Source of the DNA: Verrucomicrobiota bacterium
Lineage (GTDB): Bacteria; Verrucomicrobiota; Verrucomicrobiia; Opitutales; Coraliomargaritaceae
Length of the DNA stretch: 64,000 bases
Direction of reading: 5' to 3'
NCBI GenBank assembly: GCA_039815375.1
Contig: JBCBZJ010000003.1
Location: 128,001-192,000, forward strand
Part shown: piece by piece, positions 51,603 to 62,156 of the stretch
Layout: each line of letters starts with the position of its first letter
Position numbering within the stretch: position 1 is the stretch's first letter
Made by a program: the position numbers and the translations under genes
Notes under the pieces: model-generated
Database searches by the model: none
Told to the model about the DNA's origin: nothing
Seen by the model: only the letters and a program-made list of their open reading frames with translations

Positions 51603-51770
51603 GTCGTGGTTTGTGTTGGTCCCGAAGGACGTTGAATTTTGTATGTGGAGACGACGAAACCTCCGAAGTTGGTCTCGACGGGTCGCTCGTGCCTGTAGAT
51701 TTGGTTTCCCGCTTTTGATTAAAGAGCGGTCGCGGAGGTGCTCGAAACGTTCTCCGCAACGGGCACACCC
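51603..51770 (-). ncRNA. Candidate structured 5' leader RNA of gltB
   Basis: Five stems in about 150 nt, including GUCC-UUCG-GGAC and two more UUCG-containing loops on the transcribed strand. Confidence 0.45.
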
Positions 51771-51955
51771 TAAGAAATTAATCTCAAGTGCAAGAAAATA
51801 CAACGGCGCGGGGCACCTTCTTTGAGATCAGACCGAAAAATGCTCCTGGCTGGAGCAATAATGCCGCTGAACGAACCGCCAGTGCCAAATTTGCTTATTT
51901 TTGACAGATTCCCGGCCAAATCTCTTTCGTAGGACTTTACTGGACCGCTTAAAAT

Positions 51956-53350
51956 CTAAATGTTGCCGATCATGGATGCAGGCACCACCCATTCGTCGAA
52001 TTGCTCTTCGGTAAGTAGTTCCAGTGCGATGGCAGCCTCCTTGAGTGAAGTATTTTCGGCGTGTGCCTTTTTGGCGATTTTTGCGGCGTTGTCGTAACCG
52101 ATATGTGGATTCAGTGCCGTCACGAGCATGAGTGAGTTGCGTAGGTGCTCGTCAATACGAGCCTGATTCGGCTCGATGCCGACCGCGCAGTTGTCGTTGA
52201 AAGCCTGACAGGCATCACCCAGCAAGGTTGCGGACTGGAGGAAAGCGTTTACCATGACCGGCTTGTAGACGTTGAGTTCGAAGTGGCCATTGGAGCCGGC
52301 GATAGTGATCGTCGTGTCGTTACCCATGACTTGGCAGCAGACCATGGTAAGGGCTTCGACTTGAGTCGGGTTGACTTTACCCGGCATGATTGAGGAGCCG
52401 GGCTCGTTGGCCGGGATGATGAGCTCGCCGATGCCGGAACGCGGGCCGGAGGCGAGCAGGCGAATGTCGTTGGCAATCTTCATCAGGCTGACTGCGAGCT
52501 GTTTGAGGGCTCCGTGTGATTCGACCATGGCATCGTGCGCTGCAAGGGACTCGAACTTATTTTCCGCAGTAACAAAGGGGAGGCCGGTGAGCTCGGCAAT
52601 TTTGACTGCAACCTTGTCGGCGTAGCCCTTTGGCGCATTGAGTCCGGTGCCGACGGCTGTCCCGCCGAGGGCCAGCTCGGTGAGATGTGGCAGGGTGTTG
52701 GAGAGTGCCTTTAGGCCGTGTTCAAGCTGAGAGACATAGCCGGAGAATTCCTGACCGAGTGTGAGCGGCGTGGCATCCATCCAGTGCGTGCGGCCGATCT
52801 TGACCACATCCTTCATTGCTTCGGCTTTTAGAGCGAGAGTGTCCTTTAATGTGGTGACCTTCGGGATGGTGTCTTCGATCAGCTTTTTGTAAGCAGCGAT
52901 GTGCATCGCGGTGGGAAAGGTGTCATTGGAAGACTGTGATTTGTTGACGTCGTCATTCGGATGAATGGTGCGTTCGCCCTCGCCGAGTGTCCTGCCCTCG
53001 ATCACATGGCAGCGGTTGGCGACCACTTCATTGCAGTTCATATTGCTTTGTGTGCCGGAGCCGGTCTGCCAGACGACAAGGGGAAAGTGGTCGTCGAGTT
53101 CACCGGAGATGACGTCGTCGCAGGCCTTGGCAATGAGCTCGGCCTTCTCCGCCGGAAGGACGCCGAGGTCTTGATTCGTCAGCGCTGCAGCCTTCTTCAG
53201 GTAACCAAAGGCGTGGATGATTTCGATCGGCATGGAAGCAGCCGGACCAATCGGAAAATTCTGAATCGAGCGTTGTGTCTGGGCGCCCCAGAGTTTTTCA
53301 GCAGGCACTTCGACGGCGCCCATCGTGTCTTTTTCAGTGCGAGAGCTCAT
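51956..53350 (-). CDS. fumC: Class II fumarate hydratase
   Basis: [39 protein letters not shown]. Confidence 0.96.
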   Translation of the reverse strand: MSSRTEKDTMGAVEVPAEKLWGAQTQRSIQNFPIGPAASMPIEIIHAFGYLKKAAALTNQDLGVLPAEKAELIAKACDDVISGELDDHFPLVVWQTGSGTQSNMNCNEVVANRCHVIEGRTLGEGERTIHPNDDVNKSQSSNDTFPTAMHIAAYKKLIEDTIPKVTTLKDTLALKAEAMKDVVKIGRTHWMDATPLTLGQEFSGYVSQLEHGLKALSNTLPHLTELALGGTAVGTGLNAPKGYADKVAVKIAELTGLPFVTAENKFESLAAHDAMVESHGALKQLAVSLMKIANDIRLLASGPRSGIGELIIPANEPGSSIMPGKVNPTQVEALTMVCCQVMGNDTTITIAGSNGHFELNVYKPVMVNAFLQSATLLGDACQAFNDNCAVGIEPNQARIDEHLRNSLMLVTALNPHIGYDNAAKIAKKAHAENTSLKEAAIALELLTEEQFDEWVVPASMIGNI

Positions 53351-53495
53351 GTTTACTTTACTGGATTTCGCTTTAGTTTTGGAGGTGCGGGTATGACCAT
53401 ATGGTCGCTTTTTGCACCGGATCAAACTGCTTTGCGATCATCCGTCGATCCTTAATTGGTGGGACTCGGTAAAGCTGCTGTTTCCTTATACTGAT

Positions 53496-54152
53496 TCACT
53501 GTTTCGGCTTTGCAATGTGCAGTCCGACCAAGCGTGCAATAATGACTGTGAGGTAAATTTGGCCAATGACTGCTTCAACCCCGGAGAGAGATTGGGCAAA
53601 GTTGGAGCGAGGAGCGAGGTCGCCGTAGCCAAGCGTCGTGATTGTGACCAGGCTGAAGTAAACCAATTGAAAAATGTCTTCTCGGTTGCCGGGAAGGTCG
53701 ATGAAACTGTAGGAGCCCGGGACGCAGGCAGCAACGATTCCATGCAGCATGGCAAAAAGGAGCCCAAGCATCAGATAGATGGAAGTGGCGTTCAGGAGAA
53801 CGCGCGTATCGACAGCCTGCGAGGTGAAGATATTCTTAATAAACCTCAGTATGATGTGGCTTAGGAAGAGCCCCATGGTGGCAAGAAAGTATATCGACGC
53901 CAGCATTCTGGAATCGAAAATGACGAACGAGTTGGCGGTGAGGACCGGGATCGCGAACATCGCAGACACGATGTATTGTGAGGTTTTTTCGCAGGCCGCC
54001 CAGATTGCCACACAGACGGTCACAAACAGTGTGATACTCAGAACGAAAGTTGGCGCACCTACACCCTCTACGAGCGGGGTAACAATAAATGAAAGAAGCA
54101 GGACGCTCAGAAGCGCCCAGGATGTAAATTCTCCTTTTTTGAGGTGTGACAT
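53496..54152 (-). CDS. Potassium channel family protein
   Basis: YFSLVTITTLGYGD selectivity filter; multiple TM helices. Confidence 0.85.
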   Translation of the reverse strand: MSHLKKGEFTSWALLSVLLLSFIVTPLVEGVGAPTFVLSITLFVTVCVAIWAACEKTSQYIVSAMFAIPVLTANSFVIFDSRMLASIYFLATMGLFLSHIILRFIKNIFTSQAVDTRVLLNATSIYLMLGLLFAMLHGIVAACVPGSYSFIDLPGNREDIFQLVYFSLVTITTLGYGDLAPRSNFAQSLSGVEAVIGQIYLTVIIARLVGLHIAKPKQ

Positions 54153-54158
54153 CAGGTT

Positions 54159-57100
54159 CTATCCACCCAGCTTCTCGTATTTGACTCCGAAAAGCAGCGA
54201 ATAGAGCACTGGAACAACCACTAAAGTAAGCACAGTGGCAAAGAGAAGTCCGAACATGACTGCGATTGCAAGGGTTTCGAACATGGGATCCCGGCTAATC
54301 CAAAGCGGGAGCATTCCACCGACGGTTGTCGCGGTTGTGATCAGGATTGGTCTAAGCCTTTGCTGACATGCTTCAATCACGGCCTCGGGAGGCTCGCGAC
54401 CATTTTCATCGAGTTCTATGTTGATGCGGTCGATCAGGACAATCGCGTTGTTGATGATAATTCCCGCAAGCGAAATCACTCCAAGGATGGTAAAGAAACC
54501 AAAAATGGACTGGCCGATCAGTAGGCCGGAAGTGACACCGACCATGCCAAGCGGGATGGTGCAAAGGATGATGAGTGGTTTCTTAACGGAATTGAATTGA
54601 GCGACAAGAAGTAGGATAATCAACATCCCGGAAATCGGTAGCTTTGCAGCAATGGATTCGCTCGCATCTGAAGAAGTTTCCATCTCACCACCCAGTTCAT
54701 AGGAATAGCCGGGAGGCCAGGTCTTCTTATTCTCTTCGAGCCAAGGCAGGAAGGCGGAACTCACCTCGGTAGCGGTCACTCCCGGGAAGTGTTGGGTTCG
54801 CACCGTTATGGTCGGGGAGCGATCCCGCCGTTTGATGAAAGGGAGATCGAAGACGAGATTGATATCGGCGACCTGACCCAATGGCACGGAGATACCGGAA
54901 TTTTGTGAATAGACAGCAAGTGACTCGAGCTTGGAAAAATCCTGACGCTCGTTTGAGATCGAGCGCAGGGTGATCGGGATCGTGTCGTTTCCATCCCGGA
55001 ATTCAGTCATTTCAAGACCGGATAGCCCGGTTTCCAGAGACATGGCTACATCCGAGTTGGTTACACCAGCTCTCTGGGCACGGTCTTCGTTGATTTCAAT
55101 GGCGAATTTCTTCACCCGCTGGCCCCAATCGTCCGAGACTTCACGGACGCCCGGTGTCGCAAGCAGCTCTTTCTTGATCGGGCCGATAATCTCGTAAAGT
55201 GAATCCTTGTCCTCCCCGGAAACCCGAATCTCGATGGGGTAGTCGATCGGAGTGCCGTTCTCCATCTTACGCATCTTTACCTCAAGGTCAGGATAGTTAT
55301 CGGCAACGTAGGATTGCACATCTGTGATGATATCCGAAATCAGATTAAAGTCATCGAGCTGGATGATCATTGCCCCGCGATGGGATGAGGTTGGGTCGGG
55401 CGAAATGGCCAGAACAAAGCGGGGTGTGCCGACGCCGATGAAGCTGAGTATGTCGACGATCCCGCTCTTGTCGTTTTCCAAGTCCGCGCTGTGTTCCTTG
55501 AGCATGTAGGCTTCGATATCTTCCATCATGGCCTGTGTGACCGCAATATCAGTCCCCCGGGGAAAGTCGAATTTCGCATTAATGATAGGATCTCTTCGTT
55601 CCGGGATAAAGACCTGCGGCACGAAGCGGAGAGCCCAAATCGCGACGAAAAAGAGAATCACGACGATGGCGAGTGGTGCGATTTTAAACCGCAGCGAGGG
55701 AAAGAGAAGCCCTCGGTAGAGGCGATACATAAGGCCACTGTAAGGCTCTTTTTTTTCGCTGCCTTCGGCATCTTCCGGAGCTTTTATTTTCATGATCGCG
55801 ATCGTCATGATCGGGATGAAAGTCATGGCGAGAAGCCAGGATGAAAGCAGTGCGATGGTCACGACTTTGAAGATATCCGCTGTGTATTCACCGATGGATG
55901 ACTCCGCTAAAAAGATGGAGAGAAAAGCAGCAGCCGTGGTGAGCGAGGAAATGAGCAGCGGCGTGGCCATTTCGTTGCCCGCTGCGATCGCGGCACGGAC
56001 CTTGTCTTCACCGTTTTCGCGGCGAATCATGATCGCCTCGGCCATCACGATGGCGTTGTCGACCAGAAGACCGAGTGCAATGATAAGTGCTGCCAGCGAA
56101 ATTTGGTTCACCGTAATGCCGAAGTAGGACATCGCGACAAAGGTGACGAGAATCGTCGTCGGTATAAGCGAAGCGACGATCAGCCCGGTCCGAAAACCGA
56201 GAAAAAAGAACATGACGCCCGCAACAATCGCAACGGCTTGTACGAGGTTGTTCATGAAGCTCGATACCGACTCCTCCACGAGCTTGGGCTGTGAGAAAAC
56301 TTTCTTTAGGGTGACGCCCAGTGGATATTTCGCTTCGATGCCCGGGACGACGGCATCGAGTTGTTCATTCAGTTTTAGGATATCGCCTCCATCACGAAGT
56401 GAAATCGCAAGGACGAGGGCCCCGTTTCCATTGTATCGAGTCAACGATTCCGGTGGGTCGACGTAGTCGCGCCGGATCGTCGTCAAGTCGCCCAAAGAAG
56501 CGAATCCGCCGCTTGGCAGTGCAATAACGGTCTCACTGAGTGCCTTGAGTGATTCCAGGTTGCCCGACGGTTCGAGCACGATCCGCTCATTGCCAAAGCG
56601 TATATCGCCGCCGCTTTCGAGGATATTCGAGCTGGACAGAATGGCGCTTAATGCCGACGGCGTCAGGCCGGTTTGCTGCAGTTGAGTGCCATTGTATTCA
56701 ACGAAGATGACTTCATCCTGGTCCCCATGTATTTCTACTTTTGCAACATCCGGCAGCTTGAGTAGGTCGTTACGCATGGCTTCTGCGATTTCCGACATCT
56801 CGGCTTCCGAGAAGCCCTCGCCTGCAAGGGCGTAGAGGATTCCATAGACATCGCCATACTCATCGTTGACGAAAGGGCCGAAGGTTCCCGAGGGCAGACC
56901 TCCTTCGTCTTTCAAGTCCTCGACCTTGCGCCTGAGCTTATCAAAAAGCGGGCGCATGTCTTTGTATTTTTCGAGGAAGGAAACAGTGATGATCGAGACG
57001 CCGCTCCGTGACTTGCTGGTGACATAATCAAGCTCGGGAATTTCCTGGATAACTTCCTCGATTTGATCGGAAACCAGTAACTCCACTTTCTCCGCACTGG

Positions 57101-57299
57101 CACCTGGGAAATTCGTGACGACCTGCGCCGAGCGAATAATGAAGCCCGGGTCCTGCTGCTTGGGCATACTCTTGTAGCTTGTAACTCCTGAAAGAAGCAG
57201 GAGCGCTACAATGACGAGGACGGTGACGCTATTGCGCACAGCGAAGCCGGTCAGTCCGCCTGCCTCCGATTTTTCCGGCTTTGAAGCTTCGTCAGTCAT
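54159..57299 (-). CDS. RND efflux permease
   Basis: 1046 aa; LGLLVDNAIV, INNAIVL, RLRPILITT. Confidence 0.93.
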   Translation of the reverse strand: MTDEASKPEKSEAGGLTGFAVRNSVTVLVIVALLLLSGVTSYKSMPKQQDPGFIIRSAQVVTNFPGASAEKVELLVSDQIEEVIQEIPELDYVTSKSRSGVSIITVSFLEKYKDMRPLFDKLRRKVEDLKDEGGLPSGTFGPFVNDEYGDVYGILYALAGEGFSEAEMSEIAEAMRNDLLKLPDVAKVEIHGDQDEVIFVEYNGTQLQQTGLTPSALSAILSSSNILESGGDIRFGNERIVLEPSGNLESLKALSETVIALPSGGFASLGDLTTIRRDYVDPPESLTRYNGNGALVLAISLRDGGDILKLNEQLDAVVPGIEAKYPLGVTLKKVFSQPKLVEESVSSFMNNLVQAVAIVAGVMFFFLGFRTGLIVASLIPTTILVTFVAMSYFGITVNQISLAALIIALGLLVDNAIVMAEAIMIRRENGEDKVRAAIAAGNEMATPLLISSLTTAAAFLSIFLAESSIGEYTADIFKVVTIALLSSWLLAMTFIPIMTIAIMKIKAPEDAEGSEKKEPYSGLMYRLYRGLLFPSLRFKIAPLAIVVILFFVAIWALRFVPQVFIPERRDPIINAKFDFPRGTDIAVTQAMMEDIEAYMLKEHSADLENDKSGIVDILSFIGVGTPRFVLAISPDPTSSHRGAMIIQLDDFNLISDIITDVQSYVADNYPDLEVKMRKMENGTPIDYPIEIRVSGEDKDSLYEIIGPIKKELLATPGVREVSDDWGQRVKKFAIEINEDRAQRAGVTNSDVAMSLETGLSGLEMTEFRDGNDTIPITLRSISNERQDFSKLESLAVYSQNSGISVPLGQVADINLVFDLPFIKRRDRSPTITVRTQHFPGVTATEVSSAFLPWLEENKKTWPPGYSYELGGEMETSSDASESIAAKLPISGMLIILLLVAQFNSVKKPLIILCTIPLGMVGVTSGLLIGQSIFGFFTILGVISLAGIIINNAIVLIDRINIELDENGREPPEAVIEACQQRLRPILITTATTVGGMLPLWISRDPMFETLAIAVMFGLLFATVLTLVVVPVLYSLLFGVKYEKLGG

Positions 57300-57300
57300 C

Positions 57301-58434
57301 CTAGAATTTCACCTCCATACCTTCGCGAAGGAAGGATATGCCGGCAGTGACGATCCGAGTGCCGGGTTCCAGTCCAGAGAGAATTTGGAATCCTTCTTCC
57401 TCCGAGAAGCTTCCTACTTCGACTGACTGGCGACTGACTGTTGCCAGATCGTCGCTCTGCGACTGTATGACATAGACGAAGCGACCGTCCGCATCTTCCG
57501 ACAGGGCGGAGGAGGGCACGGTAATGGAGCTTTGTGCCCGTTTTATCCTGATGATAACATCCGCCGAGAGTCCGGCTTGAAGTTCCGAGGTGCGCGGGTC
57601 CGTAATCAAGGCTGAGACGGGAAAAGTCGTGCTGCCGTCAACGGCCGAGACGCCCACTTCATTGATCATCGCCGTAAATGTTTCGTTGCCTCTGGCATCG
57701 ACGCGCACGGTAGCGGCCATACCTTGGCTGATGTTCGAAATCTGGCTTTCGGGAATGTCAATCTGCGCTTCCAGAGTATCGCCGCAGTTTGCCTGGATCA
57801 GGACCTCTCCCATCTGGACGTTTTCTCCGATCTCCGCATTCACGCTGGCAACGCCGCAATTATCTTCCGCGACCAGTTTGGTGTAGCTTACGTCGAGTTC
57901 CGCGAGCTCAAGTGCCTGCGTTGAGGCCTCCACATTGGCTATTGTTGAATCGGCCTCTGCCTGCGCATTCTCCAGTTCGTTAAGCGAGGAGTTCCCATCG
58001 GCGTAGAGCTTCTTGATACGCTCCAGATTTGAAGTTGCGTTTCGTGCGTTGGCTTTGGCCTCGGCGAGGGTCGCCTCTGCTTGCTTCGCGGCCAGTTTGT
58101 AAATCGCAGGATCCAATTCAGCAAGTATGTCACCCTTCTTGAAGCTATCCCCAATCTGCACATTGACGCGAGCGATCGTGCCGCTGACTTTGAAACTCAG
58201 ATTCGTCTCCTGCGTCGAATGAATTTTCCCCGAGAAAGTCCTCTGAAAAGTATCCGCATCTTGAGTCACGGTTACGCTTCGAACCATTCTTGGAGGAGCG
58301 GACTGTGCGGCGTTCTGGTCCCCCGAGCAGCCGGAAAACCAGCCGGCCAGAGTGAGCCATGCAAGTGCCGGAAGGATAAGAGCTATGGTGTTTTTTTTCA
58401 CGGTGAGTATGTTGGTTAATTCAAGGCGCGGCAC
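57301..58434 (-). CDS. RND periplasmic adaptor (MFP)
   Basis: LSFKVSG, lipoyl and coiled-coil regions, GLEPG..IVTAG. Confidence 0.9.
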   Translation of the reverse strand: MPRLELTNILTVKKNTIALILPALAWLTLAGWFSGCSGDQNAAQSAPPRMVRSVTVTQDADTFQRTFSGKIHSTQETNLSFKVSGTIARVNVQIGDSFKKGDILAELDPAIYKLAAKQAEATLAEAKANARNATSNLERIKKLYADGNSSLNELENAQAEADSTIANVEASTQALELAELDVSYTKLVAEDNCGVASVNAEIGENVQMGEVLIQANCGDTLEAQIDIPESQISNISQGMAATVRVDARGNETFTAMINEVGVSAVDGSTTFPVSALITDPRTSELQAGLSADVIIRIKRAQSSITVPSSALSEDADGRFVYVIQSQSDDLATVSRQSVEVGSFSEEEGFQILSGLEPGTRIVTAGISFLREGMEVKF

Positions 58435-60796
58435 GGCGTCGGATTTCAGACCCGATCTCTTCTAGTTCGTCTTCGGTGAGGAAAAAATCAAAAGCCCCGA
58501 CGGCCCGCTGCAGATTCATCAGGTCAACGAGAAAGGCATAGACGGCATTGGCGTTGTTTTCACGCGCACTGATCAGCGCATCCCGGGCGTCGAGAACAGT
58601 CGTGATGCCGACGGTGCCCTGCTCGTATGAATTTGTCACCAGATCAAAGTTGTTCTCGGATGCTTCGAGGGCGTCTTGAGCCAGCTCGATCGATGCATAG
58701 GAGGCGTTGGCGGATTCTGCCTCATTTCGGACATTCAGTTCGATGACGGTTTTCTGCTCGTTCCGGAGCGTCTCGAGCTGGCGGATGATGAGCCGGGCCT
58801 GCCGGTTTTCTGCAAGTCGGCTCCCGCCTTCGAAGACGGGAAAGGACAATTCGACTCCGACAAACCAGTCGTTGTCCTCGGCTGGAATCCCACCTGGTGC
58901 ACGGTTTTCGTCGAGGTTGTAGGTTGCCTCTGCGGTTAAACTCAAATCCGGAACGTAAAAATCGCGGCGCAGACTCTTCAATTGCCTTTCTGCTGCCTTG
59001 ATTTCAGCATCCAATTGTCTCAGCTCAGGAGAATTGGATCGCGCCAATTCGGCGAAAAAATCGATCATCGAATTAAGCGCATAGCGATTTACAATCAGGT
59101 CTCGAATGGCGCCGTCGCTGATCAGCAGGCTGGGGTTTTCGAGGGACTCCTTGGTGGTGCGAAACGGCGCATCAACCGGACGATTCAGAAGCTGGTTTAG
59201 AGACTGTCGACTTTGTGTGAGTGAGGATCGCGCATCCAGAAGCGCCTGCTTGGCAAGGGCTATCTCGCTTTGCCACCGAAAGAGATCGGATGCATCGGTT
59301 GAGCCGGCGTCGACCCGGCTTTGGGCGAGATCGAGATTTTGCCGTGTGATCTCAAGGTTGAAGCGCTCCTGCTCGAAGGAAGATTCAGCGAGAAGAACAT
59401 TCAGGTATGTCGTAACGGCGGACTGGACAATGTCGAGCGAGGTCTCTCGAAGGGCTTCTTGCTGAGCCAGCAGATTCAGTTTTTGGATCGAATAGTTGGC
59501 CCAGGTTTCTTCAACGAAAAGTGGTTGTGAAAGCTGTATTGCCGCATCCGTGGAATCTTCAGCGAGAGTCCCGGCGTCCGTGCTGGCGGTGCGCTTGCGA
59601 TCCGTGTAGCTCAGGGAGGATGAGACGGTGGGAAGCAGGTCACCTAATGAGATGCGGACGTCTTCAACGGCTTGCTCTGTTTCCAGGGCCTCGGAGGCAA
59701 GAATGAGGTTGTTTTCTATGGCGATCAGCGCAACGGATTGAAGCGAGAACAGTGGTCCTTCTTGCGCATAATCTTCGTTGAGAAGCTTCGCATCGCTGAG
59801 GACATCAAAAGTCGGCGAATATCGAATTTGACGTGAAGTTTCCATGTTGAGGATCAGGCGTGAAGGAGCCTCGTAAAATACTTCGAGTTCGGACGCTGGT
59901 TTCCCAAGTAGCACGTCACGAACGTTCAAGGCATTTAGACGTGCGAGTTGTTGCTCATTGGTTTTGGGCTGATTTCCCGCAAGCACTCCGCGCTCGACGA
60001 ACGACTCGCCGACCACCGAAAAAGTGAACAGGCCGCGCTGATTCAGATCTAAAATGAGTTCATTGATGGCCTCTTCGGAAACGCTTGGAAAAGCACCGAT
60101 GATTGCCGTATCTATATCCTCCGGAAGTTTGTCGAGCAGTTCAGCTGATGAGCCGTCAAGCTCGATGAAGGTCAGGGTCAAGCCGAGCGTCTCTGCATCG
60201 CGAATCGCCTGATCAATGAGTTTGTTGTCAAGGCTCTGCCGCACAACCGGATCAACAATAAAAGCCGCGCGATCGAAGATGGCGACACTTTGGAAGGACT
60301 GGAGCTCCTGGAGAAAATCAAATTCCCGCGTCAGATAGCTGAGATTGTCGGTTCCGCTGGACCTGTCTGAAAGAGGGAAGCCCTGAGCTTGAGCACTGAT
60401 CACAAGTGGCAGAAAAGTGGGTTTCGGGTAGCTCGGGAGCAATCCTCCCAACTGATTGGCCGGAAGATCCAAAACCACGACCAGATCGTGCTCAGGTTGG
60501 GCGTAAATCTCGTTAAGTGTTGTTTGAAGTGACGCTATATTGACTGGGTTATCCAGGCGGTAGACCTTAAAATCGACTTTATACCGGCCTTCAAAAATTG
60601 CGACCAGTTCCTCTTTGAAGACCTCGCTCTCACTACCGGAGCCCTGCGTTCCGGCAGGACTTTCAACAACAGCGATGTTGAGCGGTTCTACCGACTGTGC
60701 CGTTGAATTTGCCGCGAAAGATAGAAATACAAGAAGCAGGCAAACAAACCGAAACGTTTGATGGCACGAGGCTAGCCGTTCGTTCTCTTTGAACAT
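58421..60796 (-). CDS. TolC-family outer membrane protein with N-terminal substrate-binding-like domain
   Basis: C-terminal about 440 aa has two OEP repeats; N-terminal about 330 aa resembles an ABC substrate-binding fold (VERGVLAG, LILNMETSRQI). Confidence 0.8.
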   Translation of the reverse strand: MFKENERLASCHQTFRFVCLLLVFLSFAANSTAQSVEPLNIAVVESPAGTQGSGSESEVFKEELVAIFEGRYKVDFKVYRLDNPVNIASLQTTLNEIYAQPEHDLVVVLDLPANQLGGLLPSYPKPTFLPLVISAQAQGFPLSDRSSGTDNLSYLTREFDFLQELQSFQSVAIFDRAAFIVDPVVRQSLDNKLIDQAIRDAETLGLTLTFIELDGSSAELLDKLPEDIDTAIIGAFPSVSEEAINELILDLNQRGLFTFSVVGESFVERGVLAGNQPKTNEQQLARLNALNVRDVLLGKPASELEVFYEAPSRLILNMETSRQIRYSPTFDVLSDAKLLNEDYAQEGPLFSLQSVALIAIENNLILASEALETEQAVEDVRISLGDLLPTVSSSLSYTDRKRTASTDAGTLAEDSTDAAIQLSQPLFVEETWANYSIQKLNLLAQQEALRETSLDIVQSAVTTYLNVLLAESSFEQERFNLEITRQNLDLAQSRVDAGSTDASDLFRWQSEIALAKQALLDARSSLTQSRQSLNQLLNRPVDAPFRTTKESLENPSLLISDGAIRDLIVNRYALNSMIDFFAELARSNSPELRQLDAEIKAAERQLKSLRRDFYVPDLSLTAEATYNLDENRAPGGIPAEDNDWFVGVELSFPVFEGGSRLAENRQARLIIRQLETLRNEQKTVIELNVRNEAESANASYASIELAQDALEASENNFDLVTNSYEQGTVGITTVLDARDALISARENNANAVYAFLVDLMNLQRAVGAFDFFLTEDELEEIGSEIRRRAAP

Positions 60797-61247
60797 AAGG
60801 TTGATTCGATCAAAAATGCACATCTGACGTTATGTTACGATTACATTCCCGGGTTGTCACTGATCGTAACTGGAATTTTATTCATAACTTTGATTGAGCT
60901 GGTTCAGGTTCTTCAAAGTATTTAAGGGTGACGATTTTGGAGCTATTCGCGATCTACCTTTAACCGGACATTCTAGATTTTGCAGTATGAACGATGGATG
61001 CGACTTCACAAGTTGAGCATTTCATCCGCCATTTGGGAATTTTTTTCGCTAATCTCTTGAGGATTGCAGATCGTATCAGTCAACCGGGGCAGCCCAGAAA
61101 GTTGATTTGTTAACATCGTTCGGAGTCGAACACTTATTTCGCTGAGCGGTTGCCTCGTTAACGATGAACTTCCGGGTTTACGTTGATCTGCGCCGGCGAT
61201 GGATGAAGCGGGAACGGGCTAAAGATTCAGTCGTTTTGGAGGCTTGG

Positions 61248-61556
61248 CTAAGCGTCATCTTTGAGCGCCTTCTTGGCGGCCTTCGACATCTTGATCATCG
61301 TCATATGTGCGTCGTGTCCGGATTCAAGTTGGTGGTCGAAGGCGATTACCAGCTCTTCTTCGCCGACTGCTGTGTTGATCTTAAGCTGCATTTCGGTGGG
61401 CTTCACATCGACCAGAGTGGCCGAGGTGGCGGCCGGGCGCTTGCCAAAGTGCTGTGCGTAGGCGAGCACGGAGTCGGCGTGATCGTCGTTCATGTGCTCG
61501 ATCATGCGGGCGACGTCACTGGAAGAGAAGGGGGGTGTTTGGTCTTCGGCGGACAT
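61248..61556 (-). CDS. DUF2470 domain protein (HugZ-associated)
   Basis: MIEHMNDDHADSV..YA..FG. Confidence 0.8.
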   Translation of the reverse strand: MSAEDQTPPFSSSDVARMIEHMNDDHADSVLAYAQHFGKRPAATSATLVDVKPTEMQLKINTAVGEEELVIAFDHQLESGHDAHMTMIKMSKAAKKALKDDA

Positions 61557-61558
61557 TT

Positions 61559-62137
61559 TTATTTTTCCTTGGTGTGAGCTTCCTTGCGATGGGCGATGCC
61601 CTTGCCGGCGACGTGAGTGATCTCGTCCATGGCTGAACCTGTCACATCGTAGGCCTTTCCGAAGCCGAGGACGAGGCGGGCAAAGCTGGGCTCGAGGCGG
61701 AAGAGGTGGAAGTCCTCCATGGTTTTGAGAAATCCGATCATCTTTCCGAACTTCTCTTCGAAGTGGAGCATGACTTTTTCCCATTCTTCGTTGTGGCGCT
61801 CGATCTGGGTTGCGGTGCAGGTAAAAGTTACGCGTTTGCGGGCGAAGAGATTTTCGCAGGTGCCTTCGTCCTCGATGATCATGACGGAGGCCTTGCCGGT
61901 ATCCATGAGGTTTGAAGTGTGGGCGGAAAGCTCGCTGACGTGGACGTAGAAGTGTCGCTTCTCGTCAAGAACCGAGGGGGAGTAGCTGGCCTCGGGGACG
62001 CCGTCCGGCGTAGTGGTTCCGAGTTGGACGGATTGAAAGCCTTCGAGCAGGGCCTGATAGCCCTCGTGTGCTTTTTCAAATTCCGGATCAATTTTAGTGG
62101 CACCGGTGGCCATCGCTTCGAGTTTGCTGTTTTCCAT
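61559..62137 (-). CDS. HugZ/HutZ-family heme utilisation protein (split barrel)
   Basis: P.ASYSP, VSELSAHT.NL, IEDE....NLFAR.R, DFHLF, LGFGKAY. Confidence 0.88.
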   Translation of the reverse strand: MENSKLEAMATGATKIDPEFEKAHEGYQALLEGFQSVQLGTTTPDGVPEASYSPSVLDEKRHFYVHVSELSAHTSNLMDTGKASVMIIEDEGTCENLFARKRVTFTCTATQIERHNEEWEKVMLHFEEKFGKMIGFLKTMEDFHLFRLEPSFARLVLGFGKAYDVTGSAMDEITHVAGKGIAHRKEAHTKEK

Positions 62138-62156
62138 GGTGTGTTTGCTGGATGAT

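Noticed and set aside
51700..51725. Cobalamin riboswitch (AAGCGGGAA on the minus strand)
   Set aside because: The remaining conserved core (GGTG.AA.TCC, ACTG, B12 box) is not visible.
51770..51792. Fur box upstream of gltB (TGAGATTAATTTCTT)
   Set aside because: Only one half matches the 7-1-7 consensus reasonably; too weak to call.
46914..51825. Long plus-strand ORFs antisense to gltB (346, 265, 276 and 283 aa)
   Set aside because: Shadow frames of a GC-rich coding gene with no recognisable motifs; the same applies to 16533-17537 and similar antisense ORFs.
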